Shown in pieces: positions 39,621 to 53,100 of a DNA stretch of 64,000 nucleotides. Position 1 is the first letter of the stretch, and the number at the start of each line of letters is the position of its first letter. Source of the DNA: Podarcis filfolensis (taxonomy: Eukaryota); NCBI GenBank assembly GCA_964270895.1, contig OZ185439.1, one strand, 5' to 3'. The notes below the pieces were generated by a model. That model was not told the DNA's origin, did no database searches, and saw only the letters and a list, made by a program, of their open reading frames with translations. Position numbers and translations under genes: made by a program.

Positions 39621-42600
39621 GCCAGAAGGCTTTGAGAAGCTGAAGTGGGTCAGCTGAGGGCGGGGTTGAGACAGAAACAAGGCATAGGGTATACGAGCCT
39701 TTCGCTGTGGTGCCTCAATCATTTGTGTGGCCTTGGGACGTGAGGCCTGTGGTCCTGCCTCTAGGGCAAGCTGTTTCATAGAGCGGAGGTGCAATGCTCT
39801 GAAGCCCATCCCGTCTGCTCTTGCTCTTTGCCCAGGGGCTGAGGAGAGCGAAGGAGGCGGATCTCCCTTCTCCCTCTAGACGCGCCTGGGCGAGGAGGAA
39901 GTCTGGGGTGGAGCAGAGACGGGAGTGAGTAAGGGGCGACATGGCAGAAGAATCTGATAACATTACGCGTGGCATAACAGATAGAGGAAGGTTTTCTCCC
40001 TCTCTCATAACACTAGGACGAGTGGCATCCAATACAGCTGAATGCTGGAAGACATAGGACAGATGAAAGACGAGGTCATAATTGGTCAAATTATGGAACT
40101 CGCCCTGCCAGGAGGCAGTGATTGACACTAACCTGGACGGCTCGAAAAGAGGATTAGACAAATTCATGGAGGAGAGAGCTGTCAATGACTGCCAGCCATG
40201 ATGTGGCTGTGCAATACCTCCACAGTTGGAGGCAGCAGTGGTTCCAAATAGCAGTTGCTGGAAACTTCAGGAGGGAAGAGTAGGCTCACAGGTTTCCCAC
40301 TGTGAGAACAGGTTGCTGGACTAGATCCAGCGGGCTTGTCTTATGTTCTTATGAAGGGAAATCCTAGTGATTCGGGACTGGGAAAGGTTTTGGGGTGGTT
40401 GTTGGGTGGGATGAAGGAGAGATACAGAGGATGTCAATGTTCCAATTTAGTTGACATGTGGTTCTTCTAGATATTTATTTTATTTATTGCATTTATATAC
40501 AGTACCAGTTTTTTCTCCAAGGAGCTCAGGGTGATGTACATGGTTCTTCCCCTTCCTCATTTTATCCTCAAAAGAAGCCCATAAGTAGGTTAGTGCTGAG
40601 AGACAGTGACTGGACAATGTCACCCAGAGAGCTTAATGGCCGAGTGAGGAATTGAACCCTTAGTTTCCTAGGTTCTAGTCTGGCACTAGCCACTAGGCCA
40701 CACTGTCTTTCCATGTGCCAGTGTGCACACCTAAAGTACAAAGTGTGGTTTTCTGCCCTAATATCATAGGAATAGTGTTCATACAGAGCTAATGTGGTGT
40801 ACTGGTTAGTGTAGGACTAGAATCTGGGAGACCAGGCTTCATATCTCTGCTTGACTCACTGGGTGACTGTGGGCCAGTCAACCTCTCTCAGCACTAATCT
40901 ACTCAGGCTTGTTGTGAGGATAAAATGGGGAGAGGAAGAAGTATGTATGCCATCTTTAGCTCCTTGCAGAAAATGTGGGATGCAAATATATCAAGAAATA
41001 AATGCAATGTGTTAACAGGTTAATAATACAACCGTTGCTACTTCAACCATTATTGGAACGATACATTTTAATACTATGCAAGAAACAAGTCAGAATAAAA
41101 TTTCTTTTTTAAAATACATTTTATTAATTTTCCAGAAGACATTTTCAAAACAATTGGTTCCCCACTCCCCCAGAATAGAATACTAATGTGTCAAATTTTC
41201 CCATAAATCTATATGCATAATTGGTGGGTGTCAGTCATCAGGGCATTTATTTGAATATTTTATAATGGGATGCCATATTGCAACAAAATATTGGTTGTAT
41301 CATTCAGGTCGTGTATTCTCTTAGTTAGTTTCTCAGATAAAGCAAGTGTCCACATATTCTGTTTCCATTGTGTGGTGTGTAGATGATCAAGTCCTTTGCA
41401 GTTTTTTTTATAGTTTCTTTTTGCTATGAGTAGTTGCGCCACTACTAGAAGAAAGGTGGTAAGTTCCATGTGTAATAAAATAAAAATTTCTATTCTAGAA
41501 ACATCCTCCTTGCTTTGTGAGCTTTTGATTTTTTTTTTCAGGGCTTCAGCATGTTTATTCTTCGCATCCTGTAGGTTAAATGGCTTCTTTGCTCAAGCTT
41601 GCTGGAGTCTGCTGTAGAGTTAATAGTTTATTTTCTGCTGTATTTTTCAGGGAGCACCAGTTCTTTTTTTTAGGAACTGCAGTGGAGCAATTCTGTTTGA
41701 TCTTACAGTGTAATCTTCAAAGTCATCCATTAGCTTAGGCCTTTGATACAGACAGCATGACTACGGCTCTGTTTGTAAGAAATGCCAAAATGAATGCTTA
41801 GTATTCATTTCTCCACAACAGGCATGTTTTATTAAGCAGTTGGTTCTTCCATAGTTTATTTTCTGACCACCTTTCACTGTTAAAAGGCCTTTCTTCGCAA
41901 TCACTTTTAATCCCTTTATTCCTTGAAATATAGTGCTGCAAGGCTCTGATATTGATCCTCTGGAAGTTGTAGATTACAGGAGGAAAGTTTTCTTAACACT
42001 TATTTTATGGCATAACCTTAAAGGGCTGCAATCCTTCAGATGCATGAAGCGTTATCCTGAATTGCAGGTATATGTACACATAGTTGGTGAGGATTAAAAT
42101 CAGAGGAAAATGAAATGCAAAAAGTATGAACAATAATAATTATTAGCTTCTCATTCTCCAAACAGTAGTTGATGATAGCACAAACATCCTAGCACTGATA
42201 TACCATGGTTCAAACCACAGATTACAATTTGTCAATATTTTATATGTTAAGCAGACACTGTTCTGTGCTTAATCAATTCTTATCAATATTTTCCCCCTGG
42301 GCCAATTGCTCCTTGCAATATCTTTTATTGTTAAATTAACTGTTCTACTTATTAATATCCCTCTGTACCTGCCGTGACTGAACAATCATCTTCTACTGTG
42401 GCCTTACCTCGAATGCTTGTGGGTGTTCTTCACCTTATTTATATTTATATGTATTTTATAGCCTACTCCACCCTGTAATCCCATGTTGAATTACATACAA
42501 GTAACATGCCTTGCCATATATTGAAGCATATCAAAGCAAGCAGCATCAGTAACAACACTGCAGTGGAATGCATATTCTTAATTAATCCTGTACCCCCAAA

Positions 42601-45600
42601 GACCTATGCAAAGAAGTGTGTCTTGACCCACTGACAATGTAGTTACAATAATACAGCCAGATGCATCTTAGAGGAAAAGCATGGCACAAGCTGGGGGCCA
42701 CATCAAAGAAGGCCCTCCCACACTCTGTCATGGCCCAAACCACCTGTAGGATCTACACTGCAGACCTTAACACCCAGGCGAGTCAGTACGTATTAGAGCT
42801 GCTCTTCAGATACTTCAGCTCCACTTAAGCATAGGGTCCTAAGCACCAAGTTAAAAGTTCTGGAAGCTGTCAGAGGCTCAGCCTTGTGCATGACTGAAAA
42901 AATATTATATGCTACTATAAGAAGCCTAGATGTTGCTTCAGTTAAAGTGATCACATAATTCCATTAGTCTGTCTTTCTATTGAGCCCAGCTCCCCTTTGT
43001 TTTGCTATGGCACTAGATCAAAGTCCTTGAGGATTTTATTCCATTCACAAAAGTCTTCTCATTCATGTCATTGTCACTCATCCTTCCCCGCCCCAACCCC
43101 TTCATGAGCAAAACATTGCCCTTGCTAATTTGGTTTTTCTTCAGCCTTGGTAACAAAAACCAAATAATCTTTTCTTCCTTCTCCTGGACACCCGCTTTCT
43201 AATTGGACACAAATAATAGAGGGGTAAAGCAGCAACACTGAAGGTTATTGCACTGATGATTGCAATACTATTGTGATAAAAGCGGAGAATCCAAGCTGCA
43301 AAGCAAACAAGATTGCTCCCCCTGCCCACATCAGTAACTGCTCTTTTCTAATATTATGCAAACTGGGGGAGTGGGCTGTACACATCCTCCTCCTCCTTTA
43401 ACATGGCTGCAGTACAGGGCTTTTTCTATTGTGCATGACTGGGCTGTCTGAGAAGGGTTCTGATTGTATGTGCTGTCTCACATTTCCATTTCATTAGCGT
43501 TAATAATAGGCAGGCATATTTTTGTGCGGGGGAGTGTTGCTGATAAAGTGACCTTTCAAAACTACAAAGCCCAGTAAAATGTAGCACGGAATAAGGGGGT
43601 TTAGAGCTGTTTCCAACTGTGAGGTCTCTAATCATAAAATTGGGTTGGATTTTAGTTGTCAGGGCAAGACAATAAATGGACTGCAAGCCCATTTCTTTGT
43701 TACAGTATGCCCCAAATGCATGGGGGATTAAAGAATTAAAACAAGGAAAAAGCTGTACTCAAAAGATCCTTCAGGCTGGTTTCAGATGAGAAAAAGGCAA
43801 CAAGAAGAGATGGGATGTAACCTCTAATTATTTATGGTATTGTTTTCTTTTGATTGTTAGGTTTTTGAGCGTACCTAAAATAAAATTTAAAAATAAATTG
43901 GGTGGGGGAGACAACAAATGATGGAGGCAGGCTGCCCCGTGATCTTATGCAATGTAGTTACACACTGGGGAATGAAAAACATGAAAAGGGGAGATTTTAA
44001 AAAGATTTCTTTTTATTAATTATTTTGTTATTTTACTTGTAGCCAGCCTTTCACCAGCCCTTCTAACCAGGGCAGGTTAGAAAAATATCACAACTAAAAG
44101 AGTACAATTGTATTAAAACCTCAAAAAATATAACCACAAAATTCATCAGTAATGCAATTGACAAAACAACAGCCCAGGATAGTAATTGAAGAGGAGGGAG
44201 GATATCCACTCAACCAAAGGTCTGCATAAAGAAAAGTAGAAATGTGGTAAGTCTAGATGGAGATGATGCATGAAAGGTTTCTAGTAACTGGGAATGGTGA
44301 AGTCAATGGAAGAAGTAAAAAATTTTGGGGTTAAGTGCTAAGGTTGCAAGCTTTTGGAAGTCTCCAGCAGTGAGTGACATCACATCCACCAGGTAGGGTA
44401 CGTAGGGCACAGCCATGAAGGCACTAAGGCAAAGACAAGAATTTTATGCAGAAGATGTGGAAGGAAAGTCAGTAGAGATGAGAGTTTATATATTGTGTGA
44501 ATACGCGCGCACACACACCATGCATATACACATAATATACTGGACATGAATGAGGGGAATGTACCAGCATGAGTCCAAGAGCTATTTTCAACTGCGATGT
44601 CTAAACTATTGTGAGGGTTTGCTTAAAATTGAAGAAATCTTAAAAGTAATTGTTTAAAATCATGGGCAGAGTCTGTCAATGAATATGACAAGGACACTTT
44701 TCTCCATTCAGTGTTCAAGTCTGATGCAGGTGACATGCCTAGCGTTCCATCTGTCACTTTCTGTGGGGTATGAAAAGTGGAGAAGAAGTTGGTTAGCCTG
44801 AGTTCTCCTTTGGCTCCATATCAAGGTTGATGCATTTGTGCCAAGAGGGCTAATAAATGAGTCTTTGTGTTGTTTAGTGTGCATGGAATTTGCATAGGCT
44901 GTGCTGGAGCAGGCAGATCTGTTTCTGAAAACAAGGAGCAAGTTCTTCTCGCTGTGTCTCTGCTTCCCAATGCCTCATCAGAAGCTTTCTGCACTTGTGT
45001 AAGCAATCTGACTTTCTGTGTTTATTAAGTAATAGGGGCTATCAGATTTTCTAGAAGTTTAGATTTGAAACCCCACAAATAGGTATTGCATGAATGACAG
45101 TCAAATTTAGTTCAGTGAATTTTCTTGAATGTCTAGATCATGACTGGGACACTGGGGAGGGGAGGGTGAATAACTGGCATAGCTATTCTGTGGAATGATC
45201 AGTTTTCTTGGGTGAAGACACTAACTACCGCATTAAGCAAGTAGAGAGAAGTTGGATCTAATTAGATTACAATGTATTCTGGACAAAACGTACTTAGTGG
45301 TGGAGCTGGCCTGGGCTGACATGTATAAGACAGCAGAATGTGCTGCAAGTGGGAGGTCAATTGACAATCATTCCCAGCTGCTTGAGCTGATCTGCTCCAT
45401 CTTGTCCTCGGCTTGTTAAGCACGTCAAACTGCAGGGAAGTCTACCGAGCAGCACTGGAATCAGTCTGCACTTGGCAGCCAACTCACCAAGTGGTTGGAG
45501 AAAGCAGTACTTCTCCATGCTTTGCTGCTTTTGGAGTGATTTTGCCAACTTAATTGCTCCAATTATTCAGAACCTACTGTCCAGTTACAACTCACCCCTA

Positions 45601-48600
45601 GGCTGGCACTGCAGCAGGGTATTACGTACAGGGGGTGGCTTTCAGGTAATCTTCGTAAAAATATCCCACTGCATCACGGCATTCAAGTGCATAAGAGATA
45701 ATTTGGTTAAATTCATGTGACAGCCTTTCTTCCTGTGTGTCTTTAAATGTTTGACTTGCAACAAATTTTTCATAATATTTCACCTCTAAGAAAACAGATA
45801 ATTATATTTGTTGAGTCCAGCTGAACCCCCTCATAAAACAGGAATTTGCTCTCTTTGCATAGAGAGAAACCTGGCACAGAATGTCCCATCTCAGAAGATG
45901 ATGCAATCTCTACCTCAAATCTGTTCTAGATTATTTTCATACATGCTTAGTAATTTGGAATGTGAGTTAAATTGTTGGTCTTTTTGTTAAATATTTTGAT
46001 TAGTATCTCAATACCAAACTTTGGCCAGTTATAAGGTCTTGCCCTCTGTAGGGTCTGATGTGTAATATGACAGGTGAGTGCATCACTCAAACAGTTAGAG
46101 ACCATGCTGAAGGACTATCTGCAGGTTGTACTTGATTGATTGCTAAATGACGTGCTATCTGGTCAGCCCCACCTGACTTGATTTATACATGTTGTGCTGG
46201 TATTTACAGCAAGGATAAGAAGCCTCAGGCCCCGGGGACCAAATGTGGCCCTCCAAGCCTCTCTATTCAGCTCTCAGGATGGCCAAAGCCCATCACCAGC
46301 CCTGCATCCTCAAGTGCTTTTATCTGGGTTGAATCTATTCTTAATTATTGTAACATCACTTTATTGCCTTGCTGCAGAGCTTTGTGTGTGTGTGTTTTAG
46401 AGACTTTTACGTGGTGGATGTACCTTATTGTCTAAAAAGTCACATACCTGCCTCTGGCTCTACCCTCCACTGGTATGTGGCTCCCAGGAAGACTGTCCAT
46501 GAGGGAATGCTGTCCTTGGGCTGAAATAGGTTCCCTACCCCAGATCTGCAGGTGGCTCCTGCGTAGCTGAGTATTTTAGTTTGTGTTCAGGTATGTCTCC
46601 CAAAGTAATGTATCTTTGTTTCTCTCCCTAGTGATGCCATTTGCAGTTTAGTTATCTGCAATGACTCCTCCCTTCAACGGCATCAGATCATCTTCAATCC
46701 AGACTTCTTTGTGGAAAAGCTGCGACATGAGAAACCTGAGGCATTCACAGAGCTTGTGGTCAGTAACATCACCCGGCTGATTGACCTGCCTGGAGCAGAG
46801 CTAGCCCAGCTGATGGGACAGGAGGACCCTCAGTTGCCTGGCACATCCTCAGGGTTTTTCCGTTCCCTGATGTCTCTGAAACGCAAAGGTGAGCCTGATG
46901 TGTTGGCTAAGATTTTCCCCTTAATTTTTTGATGTTAAGCCTTGGTATCCTGGGTACAGCCTCTGCTAAGTGTCCCACATATGTGGCAACAACTCCAAAA
47001 TTTTTCTGGTCCAAGTACAGTGCTGACCAGCCCCTTATCAAAAGAAAATAAGAAGGGCAGTACAGGCAATTCTCATTTTACATGGGGGTTCAGTTCTGGA
47101 CCCCTGCATGTGTTGGCGTAGCGTGCGTAAGCCCATTCTACTCCCACTCTGTTCCACCCCCGTTCTTCCTCTTTTCAGGAAATCTTTATGATGCTTCAGG
47201 GCTACTTCTGGGTTTGGCGCTGTGTGCGTGATCATGCGTCATTCGGACAGAGCCAGTGTGGTATAATGGTTAAGAGCGGTAGTCTCGTAATCTGGGGAAC
47301 CGGGTTTGTGTCTCCGCTCCTCCACATGCAGCTGCTGGGTGACCTTGGGCCAGTCACACTTCTTTGAAGTCTCTCAGCCCCACTCACCTCACAGAGTGTT
47401 TGTTGTGGGGGAGGAAGGGAAAGGAGAATGTTAGCCACTTTGAGACTCCTTAAAGGGAGTGAAAGGCGGGATATCAAATCCAAACTCTTCTTCTTCTTCT
47501 TCTTCTTCTGCTATTTTTTTTTTTTTTTTTATAATATATTTATTGAAGTTTTCAAATAAAGCATATATTAGATAAGCACCACTTATCATTGTCCATTTAA
47601 CATCTCTCAATTGTTACATGGGACTCCCCCACACCTCCCGCATACACTTACATCATTATTAAATTAATTTCAAACAAATTATCATTTAACTCATCTTAAT
47701 TAATAATCTTAATTTGGTTTGACATATAATTCAGCCTTAAGTCTAATTTAATGGTAGACAATTGTCTGCACTGGCATCCAATTCAGCACTCAGCCAAATT
47801 ACAATATTTTTGTAAATAAATCTTAAATTTCCTCCAGTCTTCTTCCATCCTTTCTTCTCCCTGGTCTCGAATTCTGCCGGTCATCTCGGCTAATTGCATA
47901 TAGTCCATCAGTTGCATCTGCCATTCTTCCACAGTGGGTAGCTCCTGAGTTTTCCAATTCTTGGCAATTAATATTCTTGCTGCTGTTGTTGCGTACAAAA
48001 AGAATGTTCTGTCCTTTTTTAACACACTCTGGCCGACAATACCCAGGAGAAAGGCCTCTGATTTCTTAGTAAAGGTGTATTTAAACACCTTTTTTAATTC
48101 ATTATATATCTTCTCCCAAAAGGCCTTCACTCTAGGGCAGGTCCACCAGAGGTGAAAAAATGTTCCTTCATTTTCCTTACATTTCCAACATTTGCTATCA
48201 GACGAATGGTATATTTTAGCCAGTTTAACAGGGGTCATGTACCATCTATACATCATTTTCATCACATTTTCCTTCAACGCATTACATGCAGTGAAGTTCA
48301 GCCCAGAGGTCCACAACCTTTCCCAATCTTCAAACATAATATTATACCCAATATCCTGCGCCCATTTTATCATTGTTGATTTTACCATTTCGTCATGTGT
48401 GTTCCATTTCAGCAGCAAGTTATACATTCTTGAAAGTACCTTAGTCTTAGGTTCTAACAGTTCAGTTTCTAACTTTGACTTTTCCACTTGGAATCCTAGC
48501 TTTTTGTCATTTTTAAACACTTCTTTAATCTGAGCATAGTGTAACCAGTCTCGCACTTTGTCTCTCATCTTTTCTAAACTCTGCAATTTCCAGTTGTCAC

Positions 48601-50120
48601 CATCCTTTTCTATTATCTCCCAATATTTTGGCCAGTTGGCCTCCATATTGGCTCTTTTCCGAGCCTTAGCCTCCAGGGGTGACAGCCACCTCGGAGTTTT
48701 ATTCTCCAGTAAGTCTTTATATTTTGTCCAGACATTAAAAACTGATTTTCTGACAATATGGTTCTTGAAGGCCTTATTTATCTTAGCTTTATCATACCAT
48801 AAATATGCATGCCATCCAAACGCATTATTAAAACCTTCCAAATCCAAGACATCCGTATCTTCAAGAAGTAACCAATCTTTTAACCAGCAACCTTCTTCTG
48901 CTAAATCGGTCATTGCCTGTAAGACAATGACAATGTTAATTTAAATACTTGATTTACACAAGGGGTGGGAAACCTGTGGCCCTAAGATGCTGCTGGACTC
49001 AAAGTCGCATCAGTCCCAGGCAGCATGGCCAGTGATGATCAGGGATGATGGGAATTGTAGTCATCAATATTTGGAAGGCCACAGGTTCTCCACCCATAGT
49101 TTTCTTTATCATCCCTTTCAATTCCATTCTTATGGAGGACAAAGCTCTTGTTTTGGCAGCCATAATGGTGCCACCCATGCTAGAAGGTAGTATATGCATC
49201 TTTATTTTTTTTTAAGCAGGTTAAAAAAAAAGTCCCGAAACAGAAAGGGAAAAACTGCATGGGTGTGTGCTTCTATGGAGGGTGGGAAGAGGAGGTGGAA
49301 AGCAGCAGAGAGTGAGGAGGGTGTGGTGTGCAAAGATGCCGGCCCACAACATGAGATCCACTTTTGGGGGTAGTTTACTACATACAGCTGCAATAGTAAC
49401 GGACTGTGCCTCTTGTTTCATCTGGAATAGGAGAGCTGGGGAGAGACCTTAGCTTGGTGACAGAGCATGCGCTTTGCATTTGGAAGGTTCCACATATAAT
49501 CCCTGGCTTCTACAGTTAAAACTAATGTGCAAAATGTTTGCCTGAGATCCTACACATCTGCTGCCAGCCAGACAAATAGTCTACTCTGATCTAGATGAGC
49601 AAATAGTCTGAACAGTGTAGTCTATGCCTTATATCTTACCTAGAAAAGCAATCACTAGTTCAGCTGTCAACTGGTGTACCTTCTTCCTCCCATTGTGCTG
49701 CCTACACTTTTGGGTGTGCCAGGTTTGGATGAATGTTGTGCTCCCACCCATACTTGTAAAACATTTATGTTTAATTCTTTGGTCAGCTGGTCATTCTGTG
49801 CTACTAGCAGGCAAGAGGATTCCTATAGCTAAACTCTCCTGCTTCAGCTGGCTCTCAGTCTCGGTTCCCTTTGAAGATACCCTTATTTGTATCTCCTCTT
49901 CAAAGTCTTAACTGGACCTATGTAGCTGCTAAGAGCAATGTTCCTATGGTGTTGCTTAGAGATGCTGAACAAGGAAACAGTCACTTAAGCTGGGAGAAAA
50001 ATCTGGTAGACAACCAGCCTTGGACTCTCAACCTGCATTTCTACTTGTTTATTTTCTGGCAAATTTATTTTGCTGGAAGACGATCAGAGTGGATGGGGCA
50101 ACCCAATCAGATGGGTGGCA

Positions 50121-50165
<45 letters not shown>

Positions 50166-53100
50166 TAATTACTATTCATCTTCATCATCATCTAGGGATA
50201 TATTCCTTCCAAACTGAATTAAAATATACAGCCCTTATTTCCCACTGCAATATAACTTACAAAGGTTTCCATCTTGCCCTGGCAACAAAATAATTAACGT
50301 CACATTTAAAGGATGAAATGTGAGATTGCTTGAACAATCCTTTACCTGCCTAAATATGACTACAAATATCAGCCCAAATATCTAAGATGTAGTTTTTATA
50401 CAGATGTTCTATGCCCTAGGAATATTGGGGTGGGAGGGAGTAGGCTTAATGAATGAAAGAATGAAGAACCTTTGGGTTGGGGGGATGGAAACATGCAGGG
50501 TGATGTATAACGCTGGAGAGAAGAGGGATGAATTTGGAGGAGATTACTGGAAGGTGAATGATAAAGATTTGGGTGGAAGAAGGATTTTAGATATGAGCAA
50601 TAATTTTGCATGGTGTGTAACTGGATGTGTGCACATGGCATGTGGCCCTTGAAGGGGTGTCCAGCCCTCAATGCCAAATAAAGTTAGCCACCCTGTTCTG
50701 GGGTATTTCCCTGTAGTGGGGAGGGGATCCTTGGATAGCTTGTCCCTCCCACTTGCTCCACTGGGCAGAATTATTCAAATGAGATAGCTCGTACCTTCCA
50801 GTGGGACGGTGACCCCTCCAGTTCCTTCCTGTCTAGCTCCTTGTGCAGGAAGAATGTCATGGGACTGGCAAATTGATTCCCTTTGTGGCCATGTATCAAA
50901 ATTCATTTTTACTTTAATGCCAGTCACATATTGGAAGTTACCATGTTTTTCTATTCCCCTTTAAAGCTGCTAAATGTATATGGCAGTGTTCTGCTAATGC
51001 TTCCTCCCACTCCTCCTCCGCCATGTGCTCCCCACACTCTCCCCAGAACTGCTCCAGAGAATTGAGGGAAGACATTGAACAGAATTTGGGGCATGTGAGG
51101 AGAGAAGAGAAACATCAGCCTACTGGTATCTAAATGGAGTTCCATGTGCTAAGGCTGTGTACCTAAGAATTCCAGATGATGGAGACAAATAGGGAAGACC
51201 ATCATTGCTATGAAATGTTCAATTAGGCCTGCTGGAAACAGAATGCTTGTCAAGATGGACTTCGGGTTTGCTCCAGGAAGTTAGTTTTTATATATTGCCT
51301 ATCCTTCTGTGGAATCTGTTCCTTTGGGTCATTTTGAAACAGATCCAAGTTTAGAAAACCTGTATCTGTTTTACAGCATACTTTCCTTTCCAGATCACAG
51401 TAAGCGTTTTTTGTTTGCTTTTTTTAAAACCTGAGGAGATGAGGAGTTGCATTTGCAAGAGAAAGGGTCGAAGTGAACACACAGTGAACTGGGGCTTTTT
51501 AATTCTGCCTTTTCAGTATAGTATGGAAATATTTGCACATTTCTGGGACTCATAACAATTGATGATGTTGGCTACTCATTATCTCCTCCTTTTCATCTCT
51601 AGAGAAAGGGGTGGTTTTTGGAGCTCCACTGACTGAAGAAGGTATTGCTCAAATATCTCAACTGATAGAATATCTGCATAAGAGTAAGTGGTTTGTGGTT
51701 TCCTTTCTGTCTTTGTTTAGTCAAGGATAGTGGACTGGTCTGGGGGCACAGATTTAACTCACTTCTGAGCTGAGGAAGTCCTAGGAGCTATGTGATTCTA
51801 GACACTAACCTTTTCCTGCCACCCCCCACCCATATTAAATGTTTAGTGATTTTTTTGTACTAGACCTCTGTAGGATATTCAGATAATGTTGCAGGAAGAA
51901 AAGGAAAGTATAAAAGGTTAAGAAGCTTTGTCAATATACTAGAAGAGGACAACATTTTATCTAACATATTCTTGATACCCCTTTTGTCTTTCTTCTCATG
52001 GTGCAGATCTGCGGGTGGAAGGCTTGTTCCGAGTGCCAGGAAACAGTACCAGGCAGCAGAACCTGAAAGAAGCCTTGAACAGTGGGACAGAAATTGACTT
52101 GGATTCAGGGGAGTTTCACTCTAATGATGTGGCCACTCTGCTGAAGATGTTCTTGGGAGAATTACCAGAGCCTTTGTTGACCCATAAACATTTCCATGCA
52201 CACCTCAAAATTTCAGGTGAGTCAGCCTTGGAGGGAAGTGTGTTAACATCAATAATTTGGGGTTTGCCTTGTTCAGTGATAAAGCTGTTGGGTTAGGATC
52301 AGAGAAAGGCCTACTTTCTCTGCCCATGTCATAATAGAAATATATAAGCATGAAATCTTTGGGATTTCTGATTTATGCTGAGGAAAAGAAGAGTGCAAAG
52401 GAGTGTGATGGCAAGTTGGGAATGGGCAGTTGATAAAATAGTGTATAGTTTCCTGAAATGTGTGTGCAGCTGAAGTTTCTTGAGATGTTTTCCTGTTAAT
52501 AGATCTGATGCTGTTGGATGACAAGGGCAACAAGACCAACATACCCGATAAGCAGCGTCAGATTGAAGCACTGCAGCTCCTCTTCTTGATCCTGCCAGCC
52601 CCCAATCGCAGCCTGCTCAAATTGCTGTTGGATCTGCTTTATCAGACAGCCAAAAAGCAGGACAAGAACAAGATGTCAGCTCATAACCTGGCTCTTATGT
52701 TTTCACCTCACATTTTGTGGCCTCGAAATGTAAGTGGTGTTAGATTTTTAGGCAGCAGTATAAAAAACCAGGCTGGGAAGGAGTTCATCTGTCCTATCCC
52801 AGCTTGGCTGCTGTGTCCTGACTTCTGAAAATAAACCTACCTCTACCAGGGAGCTTGCATCTTACCTACACTCTCCTAACGATTCCACTTTGGTGTTTCC
52901 CACTATTGCCAGGTGACTGCCAGTGACCTACAGGAAAACATTCCCAAGCTAAATAACGGGATGGCTTTTATGATCAAGCACTCGCAGAAGCTCTTCAAGG
53001 TAGGTGCTTCAAAAGGAAGGGACAATCTCTATCTCTCTTTCAGTATCTGCTTAGCAAATGTCTCAGGCTGTCCCCTCCTGGGGGAAAATATGTTCTGTGC

